Assembly: GCA_009103225.1 (NCBI GenBank)
Contig: RHPI01001116.1
Location: 701,267 to 765,266, forward strand
Reading direction: 5' to 3'
Source of the DNA: Chlorokybus atmophyticus
Lineage: Eukaryota; Plantae; Mesostigma and Chlorokybus algae
DNA: 64,000 nucleotides
The position numbers and the translations under genes are program-made. Of the stretch, positions 20,889 to 34,390 are shown piece after piece. The notes under the pieces were generated by a model, which worked only from the letters and a program-made list of their open reading frames with translations, ran no database searches and was not told the origin of the DNA. Within the stretch, counting starts at the first letter, position 1; the number at the start of each line of letters is the position of its first letter.

Positions 20889-23800
20889 ATGATGATGGAG
20901 CCAATAGGTCTACCTCCATCGCCCAATTGGTAAGCGAAATCAAGCAACGCAAACGGGGAGCAGCATGCATTGTTGCAATCAGTTTCACCATCGTTTGTAA
21001 CCAGCTGGTAGCTAATAGAGTTGTGTTGTATGAACCCATTGTGCGCAAACGAATTGCCAGCTTACAGCTCAGGAGGAAGCATGTTAATACACTTTCTATC
21101 AGCAAGGCTTGCGCCTCTGTTGCAGTCAATGCAGCTGGTAATCAGCTTCCACAGTGCCGAGCTGTGCATGCAAAGAGCAGCAGGCGACAGCGCATGCTTC
21201 TCTGCAGTCACTGCAGCATGGATGGTAATCAGCTTCGATTCGGGGTGCCAAGCTGCGCATGCAAAGAGCAGCAGGCGACAGTACATGCTTTTCGAATGTG
21301 AATGCAGAGCGACGAAGCTTATTCTGGAAGCCAATCAATCTGCACAATTGAACAAGCACTTGCGCATGCGCTGATTAATCTCTCTGTAGGCTACATGACA
21401 TTCAACCGTGACAACTTTGCATGCGCATGCAGCGAGTGAACTCTTTTTAGGCTACATGATGCTCAACCATGACCGGCGTGTTGTGTCCAGGTATGGTGCG
21501 CACCTTGCTGATTGGGGCGGGCCTGATGGCGCAGTTTATGCATATGCCGCACGCAATGTTATCGCTGTCATGCTCCCTTCGCAACTCAAGTGGCAGGGTA
21601 TCCTGTCAGGTAATCCTAAGACTTCAGTGCTTGAGGCTTTTACTCCAAGTGCTTGACACATGTTCCACTATCCACAGTTTTCATTAGCAGCGTAGTTGTT
21701 GAAAAGCATGCATTTCTTGCAAGTCGTTTCCTGAGCAAGGTAGTCTTGGTATGTGTGTAAGCAGTGCTTGATATGCTTTTGCGGAGGTTGACACCAATGC
21801 TGTGTGCAGGCCACAAAGATCGTGTCACCGCTGTGGCCTCCCTGAAGAACGCGAGCAATGTGCTTGTCTCAGTAAGTGCCATGTGGCCCGTGTATGAGAG
21901 TGAGTTGAACACAGCAAATGTCTTAGCAGCAGCTGTGTAAGCTATTGATGGATTGCCATTGGCCGACACCAACGTGCTGATGCATGCATTGATAGGGCTC
22001 AATGGACAAGACCATCAAAGTATGGAACACGAGAACAATGAAGTTGTTGCACACTCTGCGCGGCCACAAGGTGAGCTTTGGGAGGGTTGTCATTGTAGCA
22101 TTGTTGTTTTGCACTTGCACACACGCAATTGTCTCAGATTCAACCACGCTGGTCTGTTTGCATGACATTCTTGCATCACATACCTGCATTGCGACTGCAG
22201 GCACCAGTAGCTGCTGTAACCACTTCCGTTGTAACACCAGAAACGTTCTTCTCTGGTGATAGTGAAGGCGCCGTGCATTGCTGGCAGGCAGGCGACAGCG
22301 ACAGGTCGTCATCTGTGTCGTTTTGTCCGCAAGTGGATGCCATTGTGGCTATGGCAGCCTCACCTCAGTCCACAAACGTGGTGGCCGTCGGCTACCAGAA
22401 TGGAAGCCTGTTACTTGTCGACATGACCACCTGCACCACCGTTCATCGGCTGCTCGACAGCGCAGCCCAGGTGCATGCAATGGCCTGGCAGGGGTCTTTG
22501 CTGGCAGCTTCAAGGAGAGATTGCGCCGTGCGCATATGGCGATGCAATGATGATGTGCAAAGTCCACCCGTGTTGAAGCATGTCACTCGACTTCCCGGTC
22601 CGCCTTCCGGTGTCACTGATGCTCAAAAGGAGCGCTTGTGGGTTGCATTGGCTTGGGTGCCGGCAGCAAGTGAAGCCGCGGGGCCACGCTTGATCTGCAG
22701 CGCTCACATGGGCACTCTGTTTCTGTTGGAAACACCCGCCAGTGAGAACGCGAGGTACCCGCCCATCGTGCGCTTCCCGCCAGGGCACTCGCGCACTGTG
22801 TTTAGTGTTTGTGCGTCTGGTGATGGTCGGTACCTCATGACCACATCTATGGACCGCTCCATCGTTTTGTGGAACGTTGAAGAGAAGGCCTGCGTGTGGT
22901 CCATCTTGGGCTTGGGAAGCTACGTGTACAGCATGTCCGTCTCTCCTTCACACAAGGTATGGCCCCCTCGCCAATGAAAGCACAATTATACCGTTTAGCA
23001 AGAGGCGGTAGCGTGTCACAATGGCAGTAGTATAGACATGCTGAAGATTATATACAGGAACACTCAAGCATTGTTTGCCATCAAATTTCACCTGCTGTGT
23101 CTTGTTAGGTTGCTGTTGCCTGCGGAGACAACACGATTCGTGTCTGGAACCCCTCTGATCCTAATAACCCATACCACAGCATTCTGCTATGGCGAGGTTT
23201 GCAATCCAAGGTAAGCTTCTACCAAGGCACTTGTGAAGGTGCTATAGTAAGCCATCTCTAATTTTCAACATGGAACTTTGTAACAGGTAACAGCAGTTGC
23301 GTGGCATCCAACTCAGGAAGATGTGATTGCTTTTGGCACTGCCAGCGGCCACGTTGGTTACTGCGACGTGCGCGCTGAAAGGAGCACCATTGCGGCTGCA
23401 AAGCATGTTGATGCCGTGACCGACTTAAGCTGGCGAGTTACAAAGCAAGTGGAAGTACCAAATACCGGCATTGAATCCACGACAAGTAGTCAAGCTGACG
23501 TCGTTCAGGCGATACTGTACAGTTACGGGAATGATGGTACCTTATTCGAATGGCCTGCGGAGCTCCAAACTAACAGTAGGCCACGTGACATGCGCACCTC
23601 ATTGTCCCTCGATGTGTCCACGACTATTGCGACGGCCATGGCATGGAACGATAATGGCCGTTTGCTCGCTGTTGGCTTCAGCGATGGTGCCGTGGATGTT
23701 TGGGCCCCTGAGGGTGCATGGTACAGCCGCGTGAACCGCTTCAGGGACCATACCAAAGGCATCACTCGCGTGCAATGGCAACCAAGACCAGAAGCGATGA

Positions 23801-26800
23801 CAGTTGATGCTTCAGCTGCCAGCACTCATGGCCTCTTATTGGCATCAGCATCAAACGATGGCTCGTTGAGAGTATATGACACTTCCAGACAGTACGACAG
23901 TTCTTCAAAGGGTTTTCAGCGGGAAGGTTGCATTCAATTACTGCAAGGGCACAAGAAACGTGTAAGTGTTGTGCACAGAAACGTTTTGTCAACCACTTTA
24001 GCCATCCTGGCCAGGCACTTCGCACCAACACATGGTTGTTGTGCAGGTGTTGGATATGTCTTGGAGCCCGCACAATGCAACTGTTCTGGCTTCGTGTTCT
24101 GCTGATGGCACCGCCATGGTGTGGAGTATCGATCAGGACACATCGATGCCTGTTGCCACCTTGCAAGGACATGACGGCAAAGTGTTGACAGTCAGGTGAC
24201 AGTCTGCAACGCACAGCATCTTTCAACTGGCTTACATGATGTGGGTCCCTGACTGCATCGCCTCTTACAGGTGGAGCCTGGCGGACCCCAAGTTGCTCTT
24301 CAGCGGTGGTGAAGACCAGGTGTTGCGCGTGTGGGACGTCACGTCCCCAAAGCATACTCCACCGCCGCCATCTCAATCGACTGACTTGGTTGCAGAAAGC
24401 GCTACAACATCGAGTCACAAGTCCGCACTAGACTCCAGGGTGGCATCTCAGAATGAAGCTTCTGCCCAAGCTGTCGCTGAACGAGGAGATGCCTTGACAC
24501 CCAATGGAGTTGAATCTCGTCAGGCTGATGATGGTACTGATGTGTGTGCACACTCGCTTCTACTCCAATGCAAATGACTAGTGAAAGCCAACACTATCTA
24601 AATGCAGATGATGCTACACTTGAAGTGAACGAGCCACCGCCCAGCCCACAAGCGGCAAAGTCAAAACCTACGGTGTCTGCCAACAAGCAACGCAAGCGCA
24701 AGATGGACGGTTCAAAGTCGTTACTTCCGGCAGCTCCCGATACAACCGCAGATACCCAACGCACAGGCCTCAATGCATGCCTGTTGCTAGCCGAACAACT
24801 ATTCCCGGCTGCAAGTGCATCGGGAGATTCTGCTCCAACAGTGCCACCAGAGTTGGACGCGCTCGGTCTATGTGTTGATGCGGAAGAAATGTTGGCGTTG
24901 ATCTTGGAGCAAGAGAGCAGGCTCGCTGCTGGAATCGTGTCTGCTGCGGAGGAGGAGCAAGCTGTCAAGTCCGCGCAGCGAAGTGCAATGCTGTCTATCT
25001 GGCGAGGGGATGTACGCACCGCCATCGAGATGCTGTTGAAGGCGAATGCACTCACGGGAGATTGGGTCAGCGTGTCGGTCAGCGCAGGCCGATCTGCTTG
25101 GGAACAGGTGTCGCGAGCTTACGCACAAGTTCTTGAAGAGCGGGGCGAGGTACGTCTCTTCAACAGTTCGTATGTTCGTCACCTGCCTGCGCATCAATCA
25201 AAACACACACCTGAATGGTGTGCTTTGTTGCAGCTGCACAGCGCCGTCATGCACCTACTAGCTGTGCAGGACGTCCACGCAGCGGTGAATGTCTATCGGC
25301 GGGCCGGACTCTTCCGCGACGCGTTGGCTGTGGCTGCAGCTCGACTTCTGCCGGCAGACCCGCTTGTCGCGCAAGTTCACCAAGAGCAGGCGGCTGACTT
25401 TGAGAAGAAAGGGGAATACGAAAAGGTGAGTACCTTTGAGATGCACCGTTGCGCATGTCTCTCAAAACTGGTGTGTGGCTACTTCGTTACCGACTGCATG
25501 CGACGGTTCTGGGAGTGCTCACAGTATTGGTTCCCCTGAATGACCATGTGCGCGTTTTGTTTGCAGGCAGCAGCCAGCTATGTGGCCGCGAAGCAGCCAT
25601 TGCAAGCAGTGCATGCATTGAGCCGTCGACAGGACAAGGCATCATTGAAAGGCGCTGCCGTGCTTGCTGTAAGGCTTCAGGCTGCACAACAACTGTATAT
25701 CAACAATTCCGCCCTGCAGTACGTCATATGTCAGTACGCCAGTGCATGCCAAGCTGCTGACGAATGGGACGAAGCGCAAAACATCCTGAATGCATGGGCT
25801 GCCTGTAGTGATGAAGCTGCTGCATCAGCCCTACCTTGGCAACTCGTCTTCTCTACAGAACAGTAAGTATGCGTGTAACATGTGTCCGTGCATGTATTTT
25901 TCGCGCATGGTGTTGCGCGCAAGTCTACAAATATTTCACGTGCTTTACATCTCATTTGCATGTGTGCAGGGTTCTCGTGGATGTGGCCGGCCTAAGCGGA
26001 CAGCAACGAAGCGATGCTTTTCAGCAAGATGCGCATGGCATGGACGCGCTGCAACAGTACTCGCCCCATGCTTATGATTGGTTGCACAAGTCTTGGCTTG
26101 AGCCAGGTTGGCCGAATCCGCCTGAAGCGTCCAATTCGGGGCCACCTGCCAGCCTAAAGACAAGTAAAGCCACTTTTGGGCAACTCTACGCACGGTGGCT
26201 AGAGCTGCACCCAAAATTTTTCAAGAACAATCCTAGAGATCACCAAACAAGTCCAGAGTTGCCTTCCAGCATCAAAGTGTCTGATGGCCGCTCCAAGTGC
26301 AAGCTTCGCGCTCAGATTGCACAGCAGTTTGCGCATGGCTTTATGGCCCTCTGCACAGACAGACCTCTCTGGGCCTACCGCAGTTGGTTGACGGCATTGG
26401 ACACATGCTACCGGGCGGGTGACCACGCTGCGCTCGACAGCCTCTGCGAGGTCATCGCTCCCCATGGCGACTTGCACCTGGCTGTCGGTGCGGCTGCAGC
26501 ATTCGCTGCAGTGAGAGCACCTGAGTTGGTACCTGATGTTGCATCTGAAGACAGTCAAAGCGGAGCTCGGGGCTATGCTACTCACATAGTCGCATGCATT
26601 CAAGCCTTTGCGGGTTTCAACCAGCTGCAGCATGTGGTTACCAATGCAGATTTAGTGGAGTTGGAGTTCACCGAGCTTGTTAGCATCGCTGATCGGACGC
26701 TTAACTCAGCAGTGGCTAGTCACGTTGCCTTGACAGCTCTGCACGCATCTTTGCAAGAGAAGCTCTCACCAACAGTCAAGCTGCCCGCCATTATGGCGCA

Positions 26801-28134
26801 GCAGCAAGCTTCTTCTACGCAAAGCCGACTTGCTGACTTAGTTTGCAGCCACGCTGACTCGGACGCGGGCTTGCTTCTCGCAATGGTAGATGCAGCATTG
26901 GCCAGGCAGCAAGGAGGAGTTGATCACGCGTGGACGGACGCGCTCGAGGCCGAGCGAATCGGACTGGCCCTGCCTCCATTTTCAAGGTTTCCCATAAAAG
27001 ACGTCGACTTCATGCAAAGGGCGGCTGCTGTGGAGACAGCGCTCGATGAGTTGCAACGCCGCGAGGGGATGGCCATCAAGCTGCCTCACCCGCACCCGCT
27101 GCTCGCCGCGGCTCATCTAGCGGACATGTTGGTCAGCGTGGATGCTATTGCAGCCACAGCAATTGCTCGCTGGGGCCTCGAGCACGCATACACCGTCGCC
27201 CAACGCAAGCACTTCGCCGTCGTGTATCTAATCCTCAAGCCCGTGCGTACCAGTTTCGCCGTTGATGGCGATCATGTGGCCGTGCAGATTGAATGCTCGC
27301 CTTCTGTATCTGCCTTGATGCCGTCCAACACTCCTCGTCAGTCCCCCACAACTTCACCGAGAAGCCTTGCGAGCAGTACACGTGTTGGCACCAATCAATC
27401 TGAGGGCAGGCAACAACAACAACAACAACAACAGGAAGCAGCCAAGTCTGGCAGTCAGAGGCGCCAGTATGCTGCCAAGATTCTGCTGGCTCTGCGGCAT
27501 GTTAACCAGCCACCTTCCAAGTCAGTGGCTGTCACACCTTGTGTATACCTTGCAAATTGTCCAGGACATACACGACATCTGAGTTGTTACTCCTCCACAG
27601 GGCCGCAGAGGCGCGCTTGAGAGCAAAAGCCGCAGCGCTTCACATTGTCCAGCCACGCCCTGTGCATGTTGAGGCTTCAGCATCCCATTCACCTGTTAGG
27701 GATTTTGCCACCTCATCAGCTGCGGTAATGCCCATAACATCAAATAAAGGCACCCGTGAAGCCAGGCACAAACCTTTGAGGAAGTACACGCCAGAGGAGC
27801 TACTAAGCATGCGGGATACCATGACCAATGGGTGAGTCATATGCACATGTCGGCAGCAAGATTGCGCCCTCCTATCTTGGAAGTTGTCACAACACGCACA
27901 GCCACTGCACAGTAAGAGCTTGTGATGTACGTATCTACCGTTCGCAGTGTGGAGAGTCAACAGGCGCACGATGTGCTAAGCGCGGTCATGTCGGACCTTC
28001 ACATAGCTGCAGAGCACGTTGACGCGCAGCACAACCCCATGCGGCTTGCAACTGGCAGGGATCAACACAGATCACATGACAAAGCTGCGGGTGTTGTTAG
28101 AGAGTATGCAGGTGCTGAAGGCAATGGTGGGTGA
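20889..28134 (+). CDS. GEMIN5: Gem-associated protein 5-like (tandem WD40 propellers + TPR-like dimerisation domain), multi-exon
   Basis: Exon 1 (20889-20929, MMMEPIGLPPSPNW) splices to 21491 (YGAHLADW..YAYAARN). Many WD repeats follow (HKDRVTAV, HSRTVFSV..TTSMDRSIVLWNV, GDNTIRVWN, VTAVAWHP, HTKGITRVQW, GGEDQVLRVWD). The TPR-like AVMHLLAVQDVHAAV..FRDALAVAAARLLPADPLV matches GEMIN5. The 3' end is approximate. Confidence 0.85.
21136..21291. repeat. 87-bp tandem duplication in GEMIN5 intron 1
   Basis: TGGTAATCAGCTTC..GCATGCAAAGAGCAGCAGGCGACAG occurs at 21136 and again at 21223. Confidence 0.85.
27411..27434 (+). repeat. (CAA)n microsatellite encoding poly-Q in the GEMIN5 C-terminal region
   Basis: Directly visible. 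Confidence 0.9.
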
Positions 28135-28779
28135 CCGCATGTGACTGTTGGGTTGGTTGTCCCTTCGGTTACAACCCGGAGCATGCGAGGCAAATTAGTG
28201 GCACTGCATGCATAGTGTTGTGTGCTATAAAGAGTTACTAGCAAGGTAAGGTCAAGTGCTGTGATGTGCCAGATGTGCCAGAGGGAGTAATACAGCAGTA
28301 AGCACACGTATGTGTCTGGCCTATATCGGGTGTAACAGCAGTAGGCAACTGCAGACATGCACTGGCTTGCGCGCGTGATGATGGTGGGCGTAAGCTTAGC
28401 TGGGCCAGCAAGTTCTGCTAGGCTAGGGCATACAGGGCAATTGGCATGTGTGAATGCGTGTGTAACTGTGCTGCAGCAGGGGCAAGCAGGACATACGGAG
28501 GGGGGATAGGCAATTATTATTATTCGGGGCGCAGAATTTGTTACATGTACTCTACTCTCATCGGCGACATACAACATACACAGGCAGTCAGGTGTTGTGT
28601 ATACATTACATGTAGATTAACTACTGCACCTCGTGCTCATGATAACCAACAACATTATATACAATACACCCTCAAAGCTGCTCATCACCCCTGAAAGACG
28701 CCTCAAGAATCTACTCCACCACTCACGACATCTGCAGCCGCAGCAAAAAACCTCCAATGCGAACTTGAGAACCCATAAG

Positions 28780-30140
28780 TATTGATCCTGTAGCTCTGAC
28801 TCTTATGCGTGTCCACAAACTTTATAACGAAGCCTTGCCAGTAATGGTAGTTCACATACTCTGAATAGCCTCCTATATAGTATTCTGCTTCCTTCAGTTC
28901 CCCGCCAAACTAGCTCAGTGCAAGCTCCTAAAGATCTTCAGCTTATACCCTCTTTGGCTCATCCTCAGATTGGGCCTTCATCGCCTAAAAATCATACTTC
29001 AATATGGGGAAGCCGGGTCTCTCGGCGGTGACTATCGTGTGTAACTGTATGAGAACAGGGGCCTCCCAGTCCTCTGAGAAGCAGTGGATGGCGCTGGGCG
29101 TGATGAACACGCTATGTTTGGGGGAAAGAGGTTCCTCAGCATGCCATTCATCCCTGTGTTAATGCGCCCCATCACACGCATTCGAAGCGGCGAGTCATCG
29201 ACTCCATACAATGGACACGAGTGCATGCGGCCGATCTTGGCAAACTCTAGCTGAGACAAAGCCATATATATGCTTCTTTTATGTATGGGGATAAAGGCGA
29301 TCCCGCGGGTGCAGCCGAGGCAAAGGTTCTTCAGCTGCATGTTGTTAGAATCAATCGCGGGAAGGGGCTCGTGTGCGTGAATTTTATTTAACAAGGAGAG
29401 TGTCTCCAAACCCAACACGTGAACCTCCTTCCACTCGGGGCGCATGTCAAAGTCTTCTTCATCAACAATATCATAAAGACCAGTGGGTAAATGGCGTTGC
29501 AGGTCCAACGCTAGATGTTTAATGTTGGTCTGCATCAGGGGAGTAAGATCTGCAATATATCGCTCGGGCATTTTGCTCGTCGCGCTCGAGCCGAATGGAG
29601 AGTTGTTGTAACACAGGCAAGCAGGCGCTCTTGTGGATCAACCGCTCAATCAGGTCTATGAGGGGCAGAGGGAACAGTTTGAACTTCAGAGTTGAACTCG
29701 ATTATTGGACTTGTCAGCCGCGGCATCTGTTTTATACAACTCCACTTATCGATGTACGCAGCGGGGTCGGTCACAACCACAGTCAACCCGCGCACATAGG
29801 AGCGCGCGAAGGAGCCGCATAAACCAACAAACTGCTCAGCCGTGCATTGGACGTTGTCCCATGGCCTCATGAAGGGGACGCTGTCGCACGTATTGCAGCA
29901 CACTTGCACCAGCCTCGCTGCGTCGCCATGCAATTCAAAACACGACTCCGTTGTGCTGTATTGCTTACTACCGCGCGCATGCACACAACAGCAGCAGGCT
30001 TTGAGTATATCAAGACTCTTTCACTTTAGGGCAGGGAGTGATGATATTTGACACAGTCAGATGGTGTGTACCTGGTCCAGCCATGGGAATTCGTGTTCGG
30101 CAATCAAATGGAGGACATCAAGAAAATGCGCGAGGTGGGT
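28780..30140 (-). pseudogene. Unknown gene family, copy A (LxxLxL, LRR-like motifs), degenerate
   Basis: Homologous to 33150-34390 and 35255-35830. Motifs DVLHLIAEH..PWLDQV, FMRPWDNVQCTAEQFVGLCGS, LQQLSIRLER, TNIKHLALDL, LKNLCLGCTRGI; frameshifts and TAA/TAG stops. Confidence 0.55.
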
Positions 30141-31385
30141 GCTCCCTATTTTGCTGTCTGCGCACACCGAATTTACACGTATTGTAGGCACCTTTCTTGC
30201 AGGAAAACACAATCAAAGCTATTCATCATACTCACATGTCAATGCACCAATTGCATAGACCTCACAGGCATGAAACCAATGGTATCATTTTAAACCTGAT
30301 CACTTGATCCCGCTGCATAACAGTAATAATGGTACAAATATAGCCATACTTGGTACATGGTTAAATACTATAGAAAAAGCACTCGTTGATCAGCACACGC
30401 ATTGCCAAATGCAATGCAGTGTAAAGGCAAGCAGCTTGCAAACATAACAGAGTGAGGCCTGTAGTGCGTCATGATGTGCGCTGACCATGACACTAACATC
30501 AAACAAGCAGTTAAACAATGCGCTCAACCCCAGTCAAATGCATAGAGACATCACACTTGCTGCACTAAACAAGGAGCTCACCTTGCGGCTCCTCGTCGCA
30601 AATTTTACATAGTAACTGTCCAGGGACTGAGAGACTGACGGGTACCTGACCCTGCCTGACCTAATGGATTGGTCCATGAAGGGACTAATAGGACGGCCGG
30701 TGCTACTCATCAACTTGTAATGACGACCAGCGGTCGGCCGATAGCTACACGCGATCAAAGCCTGCCTGCGATGATTGGAACATGACATCACCGCATCTTC
30801 AAGTGACGGCCGGTCGCCGGTCGCCTATTCTGCTCGATAGCGACCTATCTAGCATAGCAGACGGTCACCTTTCGGTCATTTTTGCGACGATCGGCCGCCG
30901 GTTGTATCATAACCATCTTACCGTATGCGCGGTGGCTTGCCTACTATGGCAAGCCAATCACTGTCAGTCTCTATTCCGTGACCTGCCCGCTTGTCAATAA
31001 ATGACGGCAGACCACTGGTCGTCTATTAGTGCGGCGGCAACCTACCGACTACGACAATTAAGTGACCGCCCGTCTTTTATTGCCGGCGAGCAATGCGGAA
31101 CGATGGTAAATGCAACTATCATACCATACAAGCGATACAAAAATCCCATTTTTACAATAGCACCATCGTACTATTTTCATGCTACGATGGTGCCATTGTA
31201 ACAACGCGTTTGAATTACTTGGGTTGCCCAAGGTTCATACGCTCAACGGCTTCAAGCAAGTTGAACAGTCGAGTTGTGCAGCGGCGGCGGTGGCGGCGGC
31301 AGCGGCTAACAGTAAGCAAGTTTGCTTGGTGCTGTAACTTTGTGTTATGCGCAACAGCACATGCAGCCTAACCGCCCTTCTGATC

Positions 31386-31433
31386 TCAAGGCGGCTAGGC
31401 CAGGCCAGGCTAGGCTAGGCTGGGCCAGGCCAG
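31386..31433. repeat. (AGGCT/AGGCC)n pentamer microsatellite
   Basis: ggctaggccaggccaggctaggctaggctgggccaggccaggc. Confidence 0.85.
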
Positions 31434-31605
31434 GCAGCGGCGGTATATGGCAAGCATCAGCATGTGTATGTAAGTTGTCACACTGTGAGCATTGGTGTGT
31501 ATGTTGCTGTTGATGACGCTGGTGTGATTGACTTGTGCTTGCAGGAGCGGCGGCGGAGGTGGAGCGGATGAGCGGTGGCTTAGTATAAGGCCTTGGATTA
31601 GGGTG

Positions 31606-31636
31606 GTAGTAGTAGTAGTAGTAGCAGCAGTAGTAG
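31606..31636. repeat. (TAG)n microsatellite
   Basis: Directly visible. Confidence 0.9.
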
Positions 31637-32250
31637 CCGCTCACAGTAATTCATGTTGTAGCATAGCACCAGTATGACTTGCAACACATGCATTATTTTA
31701 TGATTATTTCATCACTGTTGACGACACTCACGTGAGGTATTGAATCATGACTGAACGGTACCCAACAGGTACCTTTGTAGGTACCCTTCAGTAACGGCAG
31801 GTACCATGAATTACCTGTCAGTTACAATCAGTTGGTGTACAATCGCCGGTACCTAACTATCAAGTACCGGTTAGTTACTTGTCCGGTAGGTTAAGTCCCT
31901 TTTGCTTGACTGATGGGTATCCTTACGGATACCTGTCAATTAGAGTTAGTCTCTTTACGCAGACGGTCGTCAACTGATGGTAACGGCCGTTATGCTCAGG
32001 CCCCTGTATCGAGATCGCTAGCAGATTGAACAGCGACAAGCTGACTGAGTATCCTCAGACCCACGACCGTCCTATATATTTTATTGGCCATTCGGGGTAA
32101 CATTTTGCGATGCTGCTGCTTGACTTGCTTCCTCATCCGCGCATTGTGCACGGCTAAAGCAGCAGCTTTGTCCGCCGTGCACTTCGACAGCCGCCCCATC
32201 GCTGATGATCTCCTCCTCTTGCTTGTCCGTGTCCTCCCACTCGTCCCATT

Positions 32251-32251
<1 letters not shown>

Positions 32252-32286
<35 letters not shown>
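32252..32286. repeat. (CGC)n microsatellite
   Basis: Directly visible. Confidence 0.9.
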
Positions 32287-32287
<1 letters not shown>

Positions 32288-33149
32288 CGCTGATGCGTCA
32301 AATGCTGTGCTTGTTTCCGTACTGCTGGGTACACTCTCGCTGCGTTTGCCAGGCGTTTCCTCCAGATATCAACGGCTCAATGTCGGGTATACCTGAGCTG
32401 GTCGCTAAGATTGGTGTTTCATGCATTGGGGTGGAGTGCAAGAGAGGTGGAGATTGGCTTACCCTGGCATGTACTATTACGTACCACCAAGCACAGGTAT
32501 ATATTGTGCATAATAAGAGTTGTAGCTGCTAGGCAGAGTCATCTCACTGTTACCAATTATGTCAGTGTTGGCTGTCAGCCCGGGTTGCTATTGAGGTGGG
32601 GTGCTGTGACGTGCCAAGGAAGTATTGATTATTAAGGAGGGTCAATTTTTAGCATTTTTGGGCAGGTGATATCGATAGGCAACTGCGCACATACGCGTGC
32701 GCACATGTTTGAGGTGGTGTTTTAAATTGATCTGACCAAGCTATTGCTAAGCTAGGGCTATATGCTTGAGTGCAAATGCATGCGTGCAACAGTGCTACAT
32801 TGCAGCAGGGCGGGTAGGAGACAGACACGTGCACAATGGGGTTGGAGGGGGAGGGGATTATGAGATTACTTGAGCAAGCAGAGCCTGCTTCAGCACAAGC
32901 ATACACACCGTATATGTAACATATGCAGTCGGTTGTTGCGTGCAGTTGTACTGCACGTCCCGTGCACAAAACACCGACAATCACGCATATGAAGAATGTC
33001 AATAATCCACTCCACCTCTATCCGCAACGCAATCAGCAGCAAAAAGATAATCATCATAACATTCTGGCAACCGCTCCAAGATTGTCTCCCAGTCGCTCCG
33101 GCAGTCATGCGTCTCCATAAACTTCTCAGCAAAGAAGTGCCAGATATGA

Positions 33150-34390
33150 TCATTGCCTATACTCTAAGAAATACTTCATGTGCCATTCCGCCTCCTTCAA
33201 GTTGCCGAACTTTCTCAATGCAAGGCTCTCAACTTCGCCATTATACAACCTCTGTGCCTCACCTTTAAACTTGGAAACTATCTCATCAAAGTTGTGCTTC
33301 AATGTTGGGTAGCCCGGTCTCTCGGCATTGAATGTCGTGTGGACACTTATGCAAGTAGGGGCCACACGGACTCCTGCCAAGACAATGGATGGCGCCGGGC
33401 GTGATGAATACGCCATTGTTGGGGGGAGGCGCGTTCTCATCATCGGGACTGAAGGGGGCATATTTCACATGCAACCCAGCCAGCGAATCATCAGATTCAT
33501 AAAACAGACACTTGTGCGCGGCCGATAATGAAAAAATAGTCTGGATAAAGCCACCTGGATACTAATCTTGAGCATGGGAAGGAAGGTGATCCCGCGGGTG
33601 CAGCCGAGGCAAAGGTTGATCAGCCTCGTGTTGTTGAATTCGCCAACCCCAGCAAGTGAACCTCCTTGACCTCGGAGTGGATGTCATAGTCAGACACATT
33701 AACAACATTTATTGGAGTGTTAGGACAGCGACGGTGCAAGTCCAATGCCAGATGCTTGATGTTGGTTTCCATCAAGAGGGTGAAGTCAACAACATAGCAA
33801 TCGGGCATTTGGCCCGTCGCGCGCTCCAGCTTGATAAAGAGTTGTTGTATCATCCAACCTTTGGCGCACTCATGAATCGCTTAATCGGGTCCAATGTTGG
33901 GTTTTAAGGGAAGGGTTTGAACTTGATTGTAAGTCGACTCAGGCGCAGCATCTGTCTCACACAACTCCGCTTGACGATGCAAGTGGCGAGGTTGGTCACA
34001 ACAACAGTCAACCCGCGCATGTAGGAACGCGTAGAGGAGCCGCATAAAGCCACAAATCGCTCCGCCGTGCATTTGACGTTGCTCCATGGCCTCATGAAGT
34101 TGAGCACGCTATTGCGCGCATCGCAGCACACTTGCTCTAGCCTCACTGCATCACCCTGGGCGACCAAATGCAAACTCAGTTGTGCTGTTCATGTTGTGTT
34201 GTGCTCGCTACCACACGCATGCGCACACGCACACGCACATGCACAGCAGCATGCTCCGAGTCGCTCTCACTCCAAATTAATAGATGATGCTATTGGGAAT
34301 TGCAAGAAGCTGTGTACCTGGTCCAGCCATGGCCGCCCGTGTTCGACAACCAGATAAAGGACATCCACCAACTGCGTGCGGTGCGTGCTT
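33150..34390 (-). pseudogene. Unknown gene family, copy B
   Basis: DVLYLVVEHGRPWLDQV, FMRPWSNVKCTAERFVALCGS, IQQLFIKLER, TNIKHLALDL, AERPGYPTLK. Several A/B differences in this frame are synonymous (gct/gcg, gtt/gtg, cgc/cgt, tat/tac), indicating past coding selection. Confidence 0.55.

Noticed and set aside
30040-30140. F-box assignment for the N-terminus of the triplicated family (DVLHLIAEH..LDQV)
   Set aside because: The diagnostic LP residues are absent in all three copies; only weakly suggestive.
31996-32334. Arg-rich 112-aa ORF
   Set aside because: Largely produced by the (CGC)n microsatellite; no recognisable family.
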